Shown: positions 27,021 to 38,991 of the stretch, piece by piece
Layout: every line of letters starts with the position of its first letter
How positions within the stretch are numbered: position 1 is the stretch's first letter
Notes under the pieces: generated by a model
What the model was told of the DNA's origin: nothing
Database searches by the model: none
The model's input: the letters and a program-made list of their open reading frames with translations, nothing else
Source: Psammoneis japonica
Lineage: Eukaryota
Assembly (NCBI GenBank): GCA_008632985.1
Contig: QPGO01000034.1
Coordinates: 263,311 to 327,310, forward strand
Direction of reading: 5' to 3'
DNA: 64,000 bases
Translations under genes and position numbers: made by a program

Positions 27021-29345
27021 ACAAACAGATGTGGTTTGAGTGGGAGTGTGCAGACTTGTGTTCATGGAGAGTGAACATTGGCAAGAGAGATGAGCTGATT
27101 GAAAAACAAGTGAGACAAGAATGTGCATGGGTTCTCTTTGCAGACCAAGAAGGAGAAGAGCAGTGTTCTGCCCAGTTGCAGTCCAGCTCTCTTGCAAGAC
27201 AACTTGCCCCAGCAATGTGTTTGTGTTCCTTCACAACAGGCAGCACAAACAAAAAGCAGTGGTGCACACAACATGCCCAGTGTTCTGAGCATGATGTGGC
27301 ACATCTTTTTATCCAACTTCTTCCCAGCTGCATTTTGAGCCTGCTGCTGTCATTTCTCAGGAACCAGTTGAGCAACAATGTGGTGGCAGTTGCGGCAAAC
27401 TGTGAGTTGTGCATGGCATTGAATGCTCCAGTGAGAAAGCATGACACCATTTGACACAGCCCAAAGTGCCAAGAAGGATCTTGGTTTAACTGGGTGATGC
27501 CAGTGCATGCAGAAATTGGCCAAGAAGATGATGGTGAAGACTGCAAGGTCCCTGCTTGTGCTCGCATCTGTGGCTTTCATCCGTTGAGCCACAAACTGGG
27601 AAATGATCCATTTTTGCTCTTGTCCAGCCCACAGTCTCAGCAAAAATGCAGCAACAAAGCATCTGACAACATGAGGTTCTGGAATGTGGGCAGTTTTCTG
27701 CCATGAGGGCAGTGTTGTTTCTTTTGAAAGCTGGTGCTGAGACAGGGGCTTGTGGTGTGTTGCCCACAATTGACTGCTGCCTTTTCCCAAAGGAAACCAC
27801 ATGAAAAACATGATGGTGTCCTGTCAGAGGACAAATCAAGCTGCAAAAATGCTTCCTTGTTGTGCCTCACCTGCAACATGGCACAACAGCAATTGTTGGG
27901 CCAACCACCTGGCTCTGACAGTTTGCCGGCAAAGCTGGAAAAGAATGATGTGGCAAAAACAGCAAAGCTTTGTTGGAGTTCTTGTGAACACCATGCAACA
28001 ACAACAAAAAAATGCAGCAATGCAGAGACAGAGGTCACAGCCACTTTACAAAGCCACTGTGTGCTCGTTGGGCTGTGTGTGCATTTCTCTGATGGACATC
28101 AGTCTTGCACCCTTTGCCGAAAGCTGCCAAGCAACAGGTTTGCTCACAATGTTGAATGAGGCAGCATGAAAGCAGCAAAGCTCAGCTGCACTTGCAAACA
28201 GCATGTGACAATCATGCAGCTGCACATCTGGTGATCACAGTCACTCTGCACAGAGCACCTGTCCACTTGTTGGACTGCGCACATGTCCCCTGCATGGCAA
28301 CCTTGTGCGCTCCATCCAAAACCACAATTTGCTGCACAACATGTCTCCTTGGAAGTGAATGGATCTCCATGGGATGACGCAACCTTTTCATCTTGCAAAG
28401 AGAAGATTGTTGGCTGTTGCCATTGTTGTTGCTCCAAAACTTGTGTGACAGAGCTTTCAAAAGCTGTGCCACCTTGCCTTGTTGTCACACCCAAGGCTGC
28501 CAAGTTGGTGAGATGCACTGTGCTTTTCTGCAGTTTTAGCAAAGTGCTCAAAACCCAAAACCTGGAGCAGTTTCACTCATCACAGCATGTGGGAAAAATC
28601 CCTGGGCTGTCACAACCTTGCCAAGATTTTGGCAATGCTTGAGTTTCCTGAGCATGGACATGGCATTCTCAGCCCTCATTGAAGCAAGGTCAAAAACTGT
28701 GTCAGTCAAGAACAATGATGATCACAACTTGTCCATTGCCTCTTTGTGGTTGCCATGGACTGGGTTTCTGTTGCTGTCTTTTTTGACGCCCACCCAGGTT
28801 GTCACAGGGGGGGTGATTTTGTCTCAGTTTCCGGGGACCACTCAGCTTGCTCTTGGGCCTGAGCACCATGACCACCTTGATGCTCCACAAACCACAAAGA
28901 GACTTCAAGTCTTCCTCATGCAGCAGATGCAGCCAAGTTTGGACAATGTTCCATTCTCTTCATGAGTCAGTTTGTTCCCAGCACTTGACTGTCTGCATGA
29001 TTGCCCCCACGTGTTTGTTCTTGAGAACACCAGGTGCTGACTTTGTCAACAATGTTGCCTCAAACCTCATTCCTCTGCCTCAGTTTTGATTGACTTTGTC
29101 AGCCAGCTTTGCACCAAACAGGTTTGATTGTTCCATGCCAGTTTGGAATGACACTGCTTGTCAAGGAGCCCAAACCTGTCAAGACTGGACATGATGTCTG
29201 TGGCTGCCCTCCCTGTTGCAGACCTCAAACAGCACTGCAGCGGAGCAAGGTTTCATGGATGGAATGGCAAGCATGGATGATGAGTTGTGTTTGAAGCTCT
29301 GGCAGCCCAAGCCCCACACAGCTTGCCACCTTGTTGCCCCTGTCG

Positions 29346-30059
29346 GCATTTGCCCAGAGATGAGTCAACCTTCTCTCCAGCTGTTTCCATGTGTTTGCAA
29401 AGCATCCCATCATTGCAGATGGCAGAGAACTCTTCTCTGTCTCCCTGCCATGTGTGACAAAAGTGGGCAGCAGGTGTGTTGGCAAAACAATTCATTGGAA
29501 AGCAACAGCTGGCTTGCTGGCATGCAAAATGGCAATGCATTGTCCAAACTGGTCCACTGATGATCTCCACAAAACTCTGTGCTGATGTTGTTTTCAAATG
29601 CACTGTGAACACCTTTTTCATTTGCCCCCATCTGCATTTCCCAGGGATGAGTCAACTTTCTCTCCAACTGTTTCCATGTCTTTGCAAAGCATCCCATCAT
29701 TGCAGATGGCAGAGAACTCCTCTCTGTCTCCCTGCCACGAATGACAAAAGTGACCAGGTGTGTTGGCAAAATGATTCATTGGAAAGAAACATCCAACTTG
29801 CTGGCATGCAAAACTGTGATGAGTTGTCCAAGCTGGTCCATTGATGATCCACAAAACTCTGTGCTGACATCATTTTCAAATGCACTGTGAACACTTTGTT
29901 CATTTCCTTTTTGCAAACCTCTTGCAGCACAGATGCATGCTGCACACACAACTCTAAAAATGCAGCTGCATGAAGTTTTTGGATGCTGGACCAGGCATTG
30001 TCACAAAGCAAAAACACAAAACTCCATGCTGACATCATTTTCAAATGCATTGTGAACAC
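29346..30059 (+). repeat. ~290 bp tandem duplication plus a partial third copy
   Basis: GATGAGTCAAC...GCAAAGCATCCCATCATTGCAGATGGCAGAGAACTC...TTTTCAAATGCACTGTGAACAC at ~29346-29612 and ~29634-29894; partial copy ~30015-30059. Confidence 0.9.
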
Positions 30060-30899
30060 ATGCCTTGTTTGCTTCCCTTTTGAAAACCTCTTGCAATGAG
30101 GCATCCTGTGCAACTTGCAGCACAGATGCACAGGCACAACTCTGAACAAAAAAAATTTTTGGAAGGCCAGCCCACCCAGGTGTCATCATGAAGTGGCAAT
30201 TGTCCCTTGACAAAGCTGCCAACCACATTGAAAGTGTCGCCCATTTCCTCACAGATGAGATGTCCATTGCAGTCACCAGCAAGGCTGCCATCCACAAGTG
30301 TGTGCTCTTGTTGTTGGTCCACTTCAGCCAGTTTGATGTTGCCATTGGCATTGCCAGCACCAATGCTGGCATCAGAGAGAGTTGGGTCATGACCCATGGC
30401 CAAATCCTCGACAATCATGGTCATGCTAGAAAGCATCATTGTTGAGGATGCAGTGGATCTGGAGAAGGCACCAATGCTGAGAACAAGAGCAGCCATGGAA
30501 AAGGTGGCAACCAAGGGAGCTAGAAAGGTGCCATGTGCTTGTGGAGCAGGAGACTCATGCGCGCACAAGATGCGTCAAGACAAACTCAAAAACAAGTTTT
30601 TGAGTTGGGATGAAGCTCTTGATGCACCAGTGACAGACAAGAAGCCAAGGAAGAAGAAAACCATCAGTGGCTGCACTGTTGGAAACTGTGAACTGAGCAG
30701 TTGACATCCCTGAAAGTGACGTTGAGGAATTTCAGTTGCTTTGTTGTCTTGTCAGTGTGACAATGTTTGGTGCACAATGGATGTTTGACGAGTGTGCCAA
30801 ATTGGCACAACAAAAACAGCGCGACATTGTGGAGAACTGAAAACAGCGCTGTTTCATTGGGAAAGAATTGTGATGATGGCATTGCACCCCCAAATTGCG

Positions 30900-32731
30900 T
30901 GACACCACAAAATGTTTTTAGCCCCACATGAAATTTTTTCCTTGTCCCAGGTTTTGATTTTGAAGGATCGCTTGCATTTTCACAACACGAGTGATGAGAC
31001 ATTGTGTCAAAACAGAGTTGCAAAATGTGTGTGGGAATGAAACTTCTGTTTAAACCACAGCATTGCAACCAGTGCTCGACTCTGCTTGAAACTCAGATGA
31101 AAAACAGGCCATTTGTGGCATCTGATTTGTGCTCTCTCAGTGCTGTGCCCGGTGCTGTCTGACACACACTGTGATTTTTGCTGCTCTGTTTTGAGATCAA
31201 TGGATCTTTTGTTGAGTTTCCAGCTTCATGGTGTGCCTTGTGAATGGCAGAGAGAGTGTTGCAGCAACTGTCACCCCTCCTTTTTGGCTCGAGGCATGTG
31301 CAGTTGGCACGCCACAGCACAACACACAGAGAGAGAGCCCCAAACACAAACCCACCTCAGGATGACAGGCAGGCCATGTGTCTTGCATTGGCTGGAAAAG
31401 GGATCAAAAGGAAGCAAGAATCTCTTTTCAGCATGGCATTTTTTTTCCTGCTCATTTTCTTTCTCTCATGGCGACCAGCCGAAAAATGCAACATGCCAAC
31501 ATTGAAGATCTTCAACACTCAAACAGACATTCTCAAAATTGCTGTGTTCAGAGTTGAACACATGTTTAAATTTTTCTCCCCTCACACAAGTTGGACACAA
31601 GCAACATCACAAAACATGTGTTTTGACCCACATGAAATTTTTGCGTTGTTGCAGATTTTGATTTGGGAGGTCACTTGCATTTTCACAACAGCCCCACCTC
31701 ACAAAACAACAGTGAACTGGAATTGTGTGGTGTGTGTGGGCATGAAACTTGTGCTCAAGCCGCAGTGTTGTAGCCAGTGCTCAACTCTGCTTCAAACTCA
31801 GATGAAGAGGGGCATGTTTGGCCAGATGAGGCCAGGCAACAAGGCGCGTCATTTGTGTGTCTGATTTTTGCACTCTCTGAATGTGCTGTGGTGTCCAATG
31901 CACACACTGTGATTTTGCACCATTTTTCACTCCTCAGTGAGCTTGAGATCAACAAATCTTTTGTTCAGTGTCCAGCTTCATGGCTCGCCCTGTGAATTGT
32001 GGAGAGAGTGTTGCAACAGCTGCCGCCCCTTTTTTTCTCAAGGTGCATCACACAACACATGCAGAGAGCCCCAAACAAGCCCGTCTGGACAGGGCAGGCC
32101 CCTTGTGGGTTGCATTGGTTGGAAAAGGGATCAGAAAGAAGCAAGAATCTCTTTTCAGCACTGCACTTCAGAGCTTGGCACGGTGCCCACCGACATGGCA
32201 GGATGAACCTGGTGTGGACATTCCTGCTCATTTTTCTCATGGCGACAGGTCGGAAAATGCAACATGTGTCCAATGCACACACTGTGATTTTTGCACCATT
32301 TTTCACTCCTCAGTGAGCTTGAGATCAACAAATCTTTTGTTCAGTGTCCAGCTTCATGGCTCGCCCTGTGAATTGTGGAGAGAGTGTTGCAACAGCTGCC
32401 GCCCCTTTTTTTCTCAAGGTGCATCACACAACACACAGAGAGCCCCAAACAAGCCCGTCTGGACAGGGCAGGCCTTGTGGGTTGCATTGGTTGGAAAAGG
32501 GATCAGAAGGAAGCAAGAATCTCTTTTCAGCGCTGCATTTCAGAGCTTGGCGCGGTGCCGACCGACAGGATGAACCTGGTGTGGCCCGACATTCCTGCTC
32601 ATTTTTCTCATAGCGACAGGTCGGAAAATACAAAATATTCATTAATTAAGATCTTTCATACACAAACGGACATTCTCAAAGTTACAATATTCAGAGTTGT
32701 ATGCGTATTTAAATTTTTCTCCCCTCACACA
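30900..32731 (+). repeat. Nested duplications: a ~700 bp unit repeated (30900-31590 and 31605-32731), the second containing a near-identical ~375 bp tandem pair (31891-32265 and 32266-32635)
   Basis: Shared CCCACATGAAATTTTT...CTTGCATTTTCACAACA, GGAAAAGGGATCA...GCAAGAATCTCTTTTCAGC and TTTAAATTTTTCTCCCCTCACACAAG strings. Confidence 0.9.
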
Positions 32732-32904
32732 AGACACAAGCGATCGCAAGAATGCCTCGCTAAAAGCACTACCATACTGTAGGGCCTATACTCAAATAGT
32801 AGGTCTTATGTAGTGCTCTCGACAGATGAATGTCGGTTGTAGCTTGGAGAGAAGGTAGCCTTAGCAAAAAGTAGGCTGGCGAGGTCATAAAACCAGAAAG
32901 AGGC

Positions 32905-33930
32905 ATGGCGGCAGCCGGTAACGAGGGAACGAGCCATTCCCCTGCGGCGGAAAGTCATCGAAGTAGCTCGAGCGAGGACGAGAAATTGTCGCCGTCTTTA
33001 TCGTCTGCTGCTGACAAGAAGCCAAAGAAGGAGGTTCGACGAAAGAGGAGAGCTCCGTTAGTTCCGTACAAAAAACCTAAGGGATTTCCCAAACGGCCTT
33101 TATCAGCATACAATTTGTTCTTTCAGTGCGAAAGGGAGCGAATTCTCAATGCCAGCCGTCCTGCCTCCGATTCTCCAGCAAAAAGCAGCGACACCGCAAG
33201 AAAAGACGTAGCAGACGCCTCGAAAGTCAGAACAATGATTTCGATTGAACCCAGCTTCGAGAATCAAAAAGGTAATAGTTCTGACAGTTCAATTGACGAT
33301 GACAAACGCAAGAAACGTCGACATTTGAAGACCTCAGGAATAGGATTTGCCAACCTGACGAAAACGATCGCTGCAAAGTGGAAGGTCCTTGATCCTGAGA
33401 CCCGCTCGAGATTCGAGGTGCAAGCGGCAAAAGAAAAAGAGAGCTACAAGAAAGCAGTTCAAGCATGGCGCAACAAGAAGCAGGAATCGTCAGAAGACCA
33501 GGAAGACTCGGCAAAAGAAGAAGCGATCAAAGAAATAGAGTCCGTTCCACAGCAGCCAGAGCCAGCTAATATCCAACCAGACAACAATGAAAGACAAACT
33601 AGCTCTAAACCAGAACCAAATCGCTCGGAGCTTGCTGAAACTCCTCCCGCGACCATAAGTATGAGTGTGGAACAAGACTTTCATGAACGTACCATTCGTA
33701 TGGAAGACGACTTCGCAATGTCAACGAGCGGTTTGGACGGACGAAACCTCGAAAGTGCATTAGCCTTGGAAGATGTTAGCCCAGTAGAGATCATGGCTGC
33801 GGAGCACCAAAACAGCTCGAGCAAAACCGACAACGCGGAGAATTCAATTGTGCAGTCTTCTTTGGCGGTTCTTGGTTCACACCTCGACGACGAGACAGCC
33901 GACTTTCTGACAAATCTAAAGTACGACTAA
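32905..33930 (+). CDS. HMG-box protein with a split box, single exon
   Basis: KPKGFPKRPLSAYNLFFQCERERIL...GIGFANLTKTIAAKWKVLD...AAKEKESYK; 341 aa open frame. Confidence 0.88.
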   Translation: MAAAGNEGTSHSPAAESHRSSSSEDEKLSPSLSSAADKKPKKEVRRKRRAPLVPYKKPKGFPKRPLSAYNLFFQCERERILNASRPASDSPAKSSDTARKDVADASKVRTMISIEPSFENQKGNSSDSSIDDDKRKKRRHLKTSGIGFANLTKTIAAKWKVLDPETRSRFEVQAAKEKESYKKAVQAWRNKKQESSEDQEDSAKEEAIKEIESVPQQPEPANIQPDNNERQTSSKPEPNRSELAETPPATISMSVEQDFHERTIRMEDDFAMSTSGLDGRNLESALALEDVSPVEIMAAEHQNSSSKTDNAENSIVQSSLAVLGSHLDDETADFLTNLKYD

Positions 33931-34192
33931 TGTTGAAATCCGAGGACCGATGATGTTGATGTCACGAAACACATTTCAAAATTTATAGCCCCATCAGGCA
34001 CATCACTACCACATTGAAAATTCATAAAAACACACAAGGGTGTTGCATCATTGCGACAATTTGCCCTCATAACGAATAAGTGATAAACCAAATCGCCAAA
34101 GCACCTACAATTCATACCTAGGTAATCTGAACTGATGTTCTCTTGCCAAGAAGCTGGCGTCTTTACCGAAGAACGCAACATATTCTGACAGG

Positions 34193-35624
34193 CTAATCTT
34201 CTCTCAAGCGCAAACCACTGAATCTCGAGGGGTTAAAGGGTTGCAAATCAACGTGTTCCGTACTCTCTCCTCTTATTATGTAGTGAGCCATGCTTTCACC
34301 GGTTGCCGGTGCAAGTAGGATTCCCCAACAGCCGTGTCCGGCAACTACAAAGCACTGGCAACCAACCGCATCTTTGGGTAGGGCACCCATCATTGGCAAA
34401 CCATCAACCGTCGTCGGGAGGTAGCATGCTTGTTGTATCGCAGGCTCTGCACTCAAAGCCCCATGATCTTTCGTACCACCGGAAGCCTCCCGTACAGCCC
34501 GGACAATTCGGTCAACAGCCTTGCATTTGGACAGAAACATAAATAAGACCACGAAAAACGTGTGAGAACTCAACAACATGGTAGGCTACGACGCGAAGAG
34601 CGACGCGTCATACCTCAGGTCTCACTTCCTCTTTCCCTGGCTCTTCTTTGACCACCAGAGCCTGATCAGGAAATCCTGTGCAATACGCAGTAGAGTCTGG
34701 ACGCGGATATACTTCCGGATCCCCACATCCGTCAAAGAACACGCTTTGTGAGAGAACTCGAGGCGTCGGAATTACCACGCTGTGATACTTCACCCCTGTC
34801 ATTGCATTTGTTGCCCAAGGCCCACACGCAAAAAGAACTGCATCAGCTTCAACTACGCTTCCATCATCCAGCTTGGCGCCGACAAGCTCATCGCCTTCCT
34901 GAACCACCGACAACACTCGGCCTTTGACAAGGGTGGAACCAACACCCCCTTCGGTCTTAGGTTTGGACGCTACTTCCCAAAGACTTTCGCAAAGTCGCTG
35001 TGGATGGACCTGAGCAATCGTACGTTCATCACCTAGAGGTCGTATCCCGCTTGCGTCCTCAGCCCATTCGACTCCCTCTAGCTTCTTTCCTTTCGGCCCG
35101 TCTTGGTTGCTACCCTTCACGCTAATGCCGGCACAAGTCAAACGTCTGTACTGGAGTTTTTTTGCTCCCAATTTGTCTGCTAGTTCTTGATGTAAATCAA
35201 AAGATCGCCTCGCTAAGTGCTTTGTAGCACTGAAGTCATTCCAATCCAAAGCAAGAAAGCCACCGGCCTTACCAGAAGCAGCCGGGCACAATCGACCGGT
35301 AGGATCAACAAGCGTCGAAGTTACCCCAAAGTTCTCTGCGAGGTAGTAAGCTGTAGATATTCCAACGACGCCAGCCCCAGCAATAACAACATGCTTTACT
35401 TGATCGCTTCCTGTCGAGCCGAGATTGTCTTCCAGTGAAGATTTCATGTTGGTGGTAGCTGACCTAGGGGACGACGATGAATGACTAACTGGAAAAGCCT
35501 TTGACAGAGACACGAGGACAAAAAATGCGAGGAAGAATGGAACGAACGCTCTTGATTTTCTCAGTCGCACAAGTAGAAGGGACATCGTAGCAAATAGGCA
35601 GCAACAGGTTTCTTCCCAAATCAT
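34193..35624 (-). CDS. FAD-dependent oxidoreductase (DAO family, TDA3-like); one intron ~34614-34521; N-terminal presequence; exact start uncertain
   Basis: VVIAGAGVVGISTAYYL, ASGKAGGFLALDW, AQVHP, DPEVYPRPD, QACYLP, AGHGCWGILLAPATG. Confidence 0.88.
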
Positions 35625-36087
35625 TGTCGTCCGCCAAAAAGATAAAAAATATGCAAAAATCGATCTGGGGGGAGCAACCCGGAAACACCATGAAGTCTCA
35701 TCATCAGATGAGATAAGCTACTATGTAGCAAGAGAGTAAATCAATCACTGCCGATGTATTAGACTAGTCCTACCGGCACTCTAGTAGAGCTACTAAAGAG
35801 CTACATCCGCTCAAGAGCCCTACTCTAGCTGAAAACAGGAAAGGAGGGTCGGGCTTGGACTTCCTAGACTGCTGAGCAGTTTGCTTGGGTGCTTAGTCAC
35901 CACCTACTCCTGAGAGCTGTCTTCATCCTTCACAGATTTTGCCAAGGTCCAACAGCCAAGTTGGCGGCATACCGACATGGTCTTGCATGCTTGTTGAGGA
36001 GTATCGGTAATTCTTTAATTGAACTTCGTGAGGCGTATGGCATGAAAATAGTCTGTATGCAACTCTTCTTCTCGGGAATAACCAATT

Positions 36088-37188
36088 CTATGGATTGGCT
36101 GTTTCTTTTTCGGCTTCAAGCAAAAAGCCCGCCGGTTCGTCCGCATGATTTCTGGTCCCGTCTCGTATGCGCGGAGCTAACTCGATCGATTGCAAGGTGC
36201 AGGTGTCGAACCCTGCCTCCCGGACAGCGTTTTCAAGCGTCCGCGAGAGCACTTTTATCTCGTTCTCAGAAGTAGCCGATAGCTTTACTTGGGCGACTCC
36301 ACCCTCTTGAGAATCCACAGAAGACAGCCGCGAATGAACCTCTAGAATCTGAGCAGGTGCTGCCTTGTGCAGCGAAGAGTCAATCTTGTTTATGCATGCA
36401 ACGCAACCCATTGACGGAATACGAAATGATACGGTGGCCTCGACAGCGTCTCCATGACCGTCCTCGTACACTGTTCCACACATGTACTACTTCTGGCAAA
36501 AGCGCAATCAAGCTGGAAATGATTGTCGAAAACCATCGAATTTCGCCTACCCCTCCCGTGAAATTCATGGCGGAAGAGAAGATGAGGAAAGACAGAAAAT
36601 ACGGACGAAGCGGCCCCAAGTATTTGTTAAAGCCGGCACAACCGCTTCCTGCGACAACAGCATTGATTAGCAACTCGATACCACAGCAAGCACTTGAAAG
36701 CAACGGAAGAGCAATGATCTTGAACCACTTCGCATGAACCGGCGGAGAATTGAGAATACTATGAAGCTGGCACTTCGTCCATCCTTTTGTTGTGATTCCA
36801 GCCGCTACAAGTCGCACGGAATACAAAACAACAAGTCCAAAAATTATCTTTTTCCATACGCCGCTACACCATACGAGATAGTAGGACGGCTCCAAAGACG
36901 ACATTGACGTATCATCTTTTTGTGTTGTTGATTCGCCGAATTCGCTGTTATTGGTGATTGATTCATTTGAGTTTGCACCACCACCTCGTGCGAACGACGC
37001 ATGAACTGTTCTAAGCTCGCGTCTTCTGATCACTCTTTTTCCCGTTGACAATCCTCCTGGGTAAAAAATGGTTTCAAAGGAACGAGAGCTGTGGCGATGT
37101 GATTGCTTCTTCCCATGCCATTGTCTTGGACAACACCAAAATTAGATATCAACAGGTAGGACCACATTAAATGCAAGAAAATCGACAT
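36088..37188 (-). CDS. Membrane protein with MerT-like transmembrane segment and C-terminal HMA domain; apparent frameshifts ~37040 and ~36480
   Basis: LPLLSSACCGIELL...GCAGFNKYLGPLRPYF in one frame and IPSMGCVACINKID (HMA MxCxxC) in the overlapping frame. Confidence 0.7.
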
Positions 37189-37333
37189 TGCTTCTCCTTC
37201 ACTGGAATGTACCGGTAGCAACTACTAGAGCAACTATCAACAAGTGTTTGGAACACCAAAGTCGGATGCATTGCTGTGAAGGGGCCTGACTCCAAACTTT
37301 GACCTCCCCCTACCTACGTATCTACCGGGCCAA

Positions 37334-38991
37334 TACATCCAAAAAAATCTACCCTCAGTTCTACCCTGTAGAGAGTAGTACTCATCCTACGGGGAAGAAG
37401 ACCAACCCGTAGCCATCAGTAGAGAAGCTACGTGCTAGTAATCAACCTACGCAAACCCCACGCGAGGAGTTGAACCCGAAAAAAAACTTCAAGACGAAGC
37501 GAGCGACGCTCAAAAAACACCGCGCCGTCACCTTGACCATGGCCTTTGAACGCCCGTAGTTCTACTCGGTACCCATTACAGCAAAGGTATGAATGCCAAC
37601 ATTGACTAATGAGACTATGAAAAAAATGATGCTTGCTTTGGATTTTTTGCTCACCCTTGCCTTTTGGGTGTTTGATGACTTTTGCTGCAAGAGAGGAAAC
37701 ACGCGGCGCCACCGCGTCGGTAAAAGTAGCGTTGATATTTCTACTCGGTGATTTGAGGACAAAGGTGAGAATGCCAATGCTTGCTAAACTTAGCTTTAAA
37801 AATCGTATGGTTGTGTTTGCACTCATTACAAAGCCCGTCTTTTGGGCGTTTGATGCTTTTTTCTGAGGCACAGCTTTTCTCTCACTTTTTCTATTGTTTT
37901 GTGGTCGCTCATAGGTCTACCCGGCACCCATTGCAGCGACGGCATGAACACCGCTACGGATTAATATGACTATGGAAAAAAATGATGCTTGCAGTGGATT
38001 TGTTGCTGCTCCTCACCTCTTGGGTGTTTCGCGACTTTTGCTCCCAGAGAGGACACTGACAGGACTGCCGCGTCTGACACAGTAGCATTCATAATCAAGC
38101 TCGGCTTCGGACTGCAAAGGTAAGAACAACAAAATTTGCTAATAATAATGTCGAATATGTGATGGAAATGTTTGTTTGTTGTACACATCTCATGTTTTGT
38201 GCGTTTGATGATTGTCAAGTGTGGCGCAGTTTTTTCCTCACAGTTTCTCCTGTCTCGCCGTCGCTGACAGGCCCACTCGGCACCCATTGCAGCATAGGTG
38301 CCAAGGTGAATACGGACCAAATAGTTATAAAAAATGTATCTCAAGCCAAGGATGCGGAACAATCTATTTAAAGATCAACGGCAGCAACCCTTGGTCGTGC
38401 CTTCCGCGCTAGGGAGCAGCTTGTTTTCTTCTCAAGCTGGTGGAAGTGCAATGAGGTGCTGATTGTTCCTTAGGCTAATGCAATTGTTTAGTAATATTTA
38501 AATATAAAATTCACAACAGTAATCTCAAATAGGTGCTTTAGAGCTTGTCAAAGTTGAAAGTAGTGCAAGTCGTTCGTCTGCTTTCCCACAGGGAGTGTGA
38601 AGGTTTCTACTGCACTCAGGACGCCTGTGAGTGCTGCTTGCCATGCCACCATAGATGCAGTTGGCATTGGTGCAGTTGCCGGGGTTGCATACGGCAACGC
38701 TCATGGTTGAGATGCCGCATTGAGACGAGTAGAACTTTCGAGTATTTTTTTTGTTCCTCCCGTCGCACTCGACATCACGCACCAAGGACAGACTGTTTAG
38801 ATCGCGCGAAAGGGGCGCGCAGGGTAGAATTTTTGGCTCCGAAAATTCTACTGTGCCTTCTACCTGAGTGGAATAAACAGTGGATGTACGGTAGATCTTT
38901 TTAGAAGATACCAACACCGTATTGACATTTTTACATACGAGAATTCCACTTTCCAGTAGAAAAATACTACTTGGGTAGAATTTTGGGTGTA
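37334..38991. mobile_element. Possible non-autonomous DNA transposon with imperfect ~20 bp terminal inverted repeats and internal ~357 bp degenerate tandem repeats
   Basis: TACATCCAAAAAAATCTACCC (37334-37354) versus GGGTAGAATTTTGGGTGTA (38973-38991); internal units anchored by ACCCATT(A/G)CAGC at ~37570, ~37926 and ~38282; no coding domain recognised. Confidence 0.35.

Larger units (their letters stand above)
21850..32731. mobile_element. Block of heavily mutated repetitive DNA (nested transposon remnants), depleted of TpA and CpG
   Basis: Abrupt compositional change; no intact gene; six-frame ORFs almost lack Tyr and are rich in Cys/His/Gln; several internal tandem duplications. Confidence 0.8.

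Noticed and set aside
21850..32630. Dense overlapping Cys/His-rich ORFs as novel small proteins or an alternative genetic code
   Set aside because: A by-product of TA loss (no TAA/TAG stops, no Tyr) and TG/CA gain; flanking genes use the standard code with TAA, TAG and TGA stops.
25598..32635. Tandem repeats as a CRISPR array
   Set aside because: Units are 130-700 bp without unique spacers, there are no cas genes, and the context is eukaryotic.
32766..32816. GCACTAC...GTAGTGC as CACTA transposon termini
   Set aside because: Only 7 bp, 40 bp apart, within a TAG/CTA-rich tract where such matches are expected; no matching end found at the left of the block.
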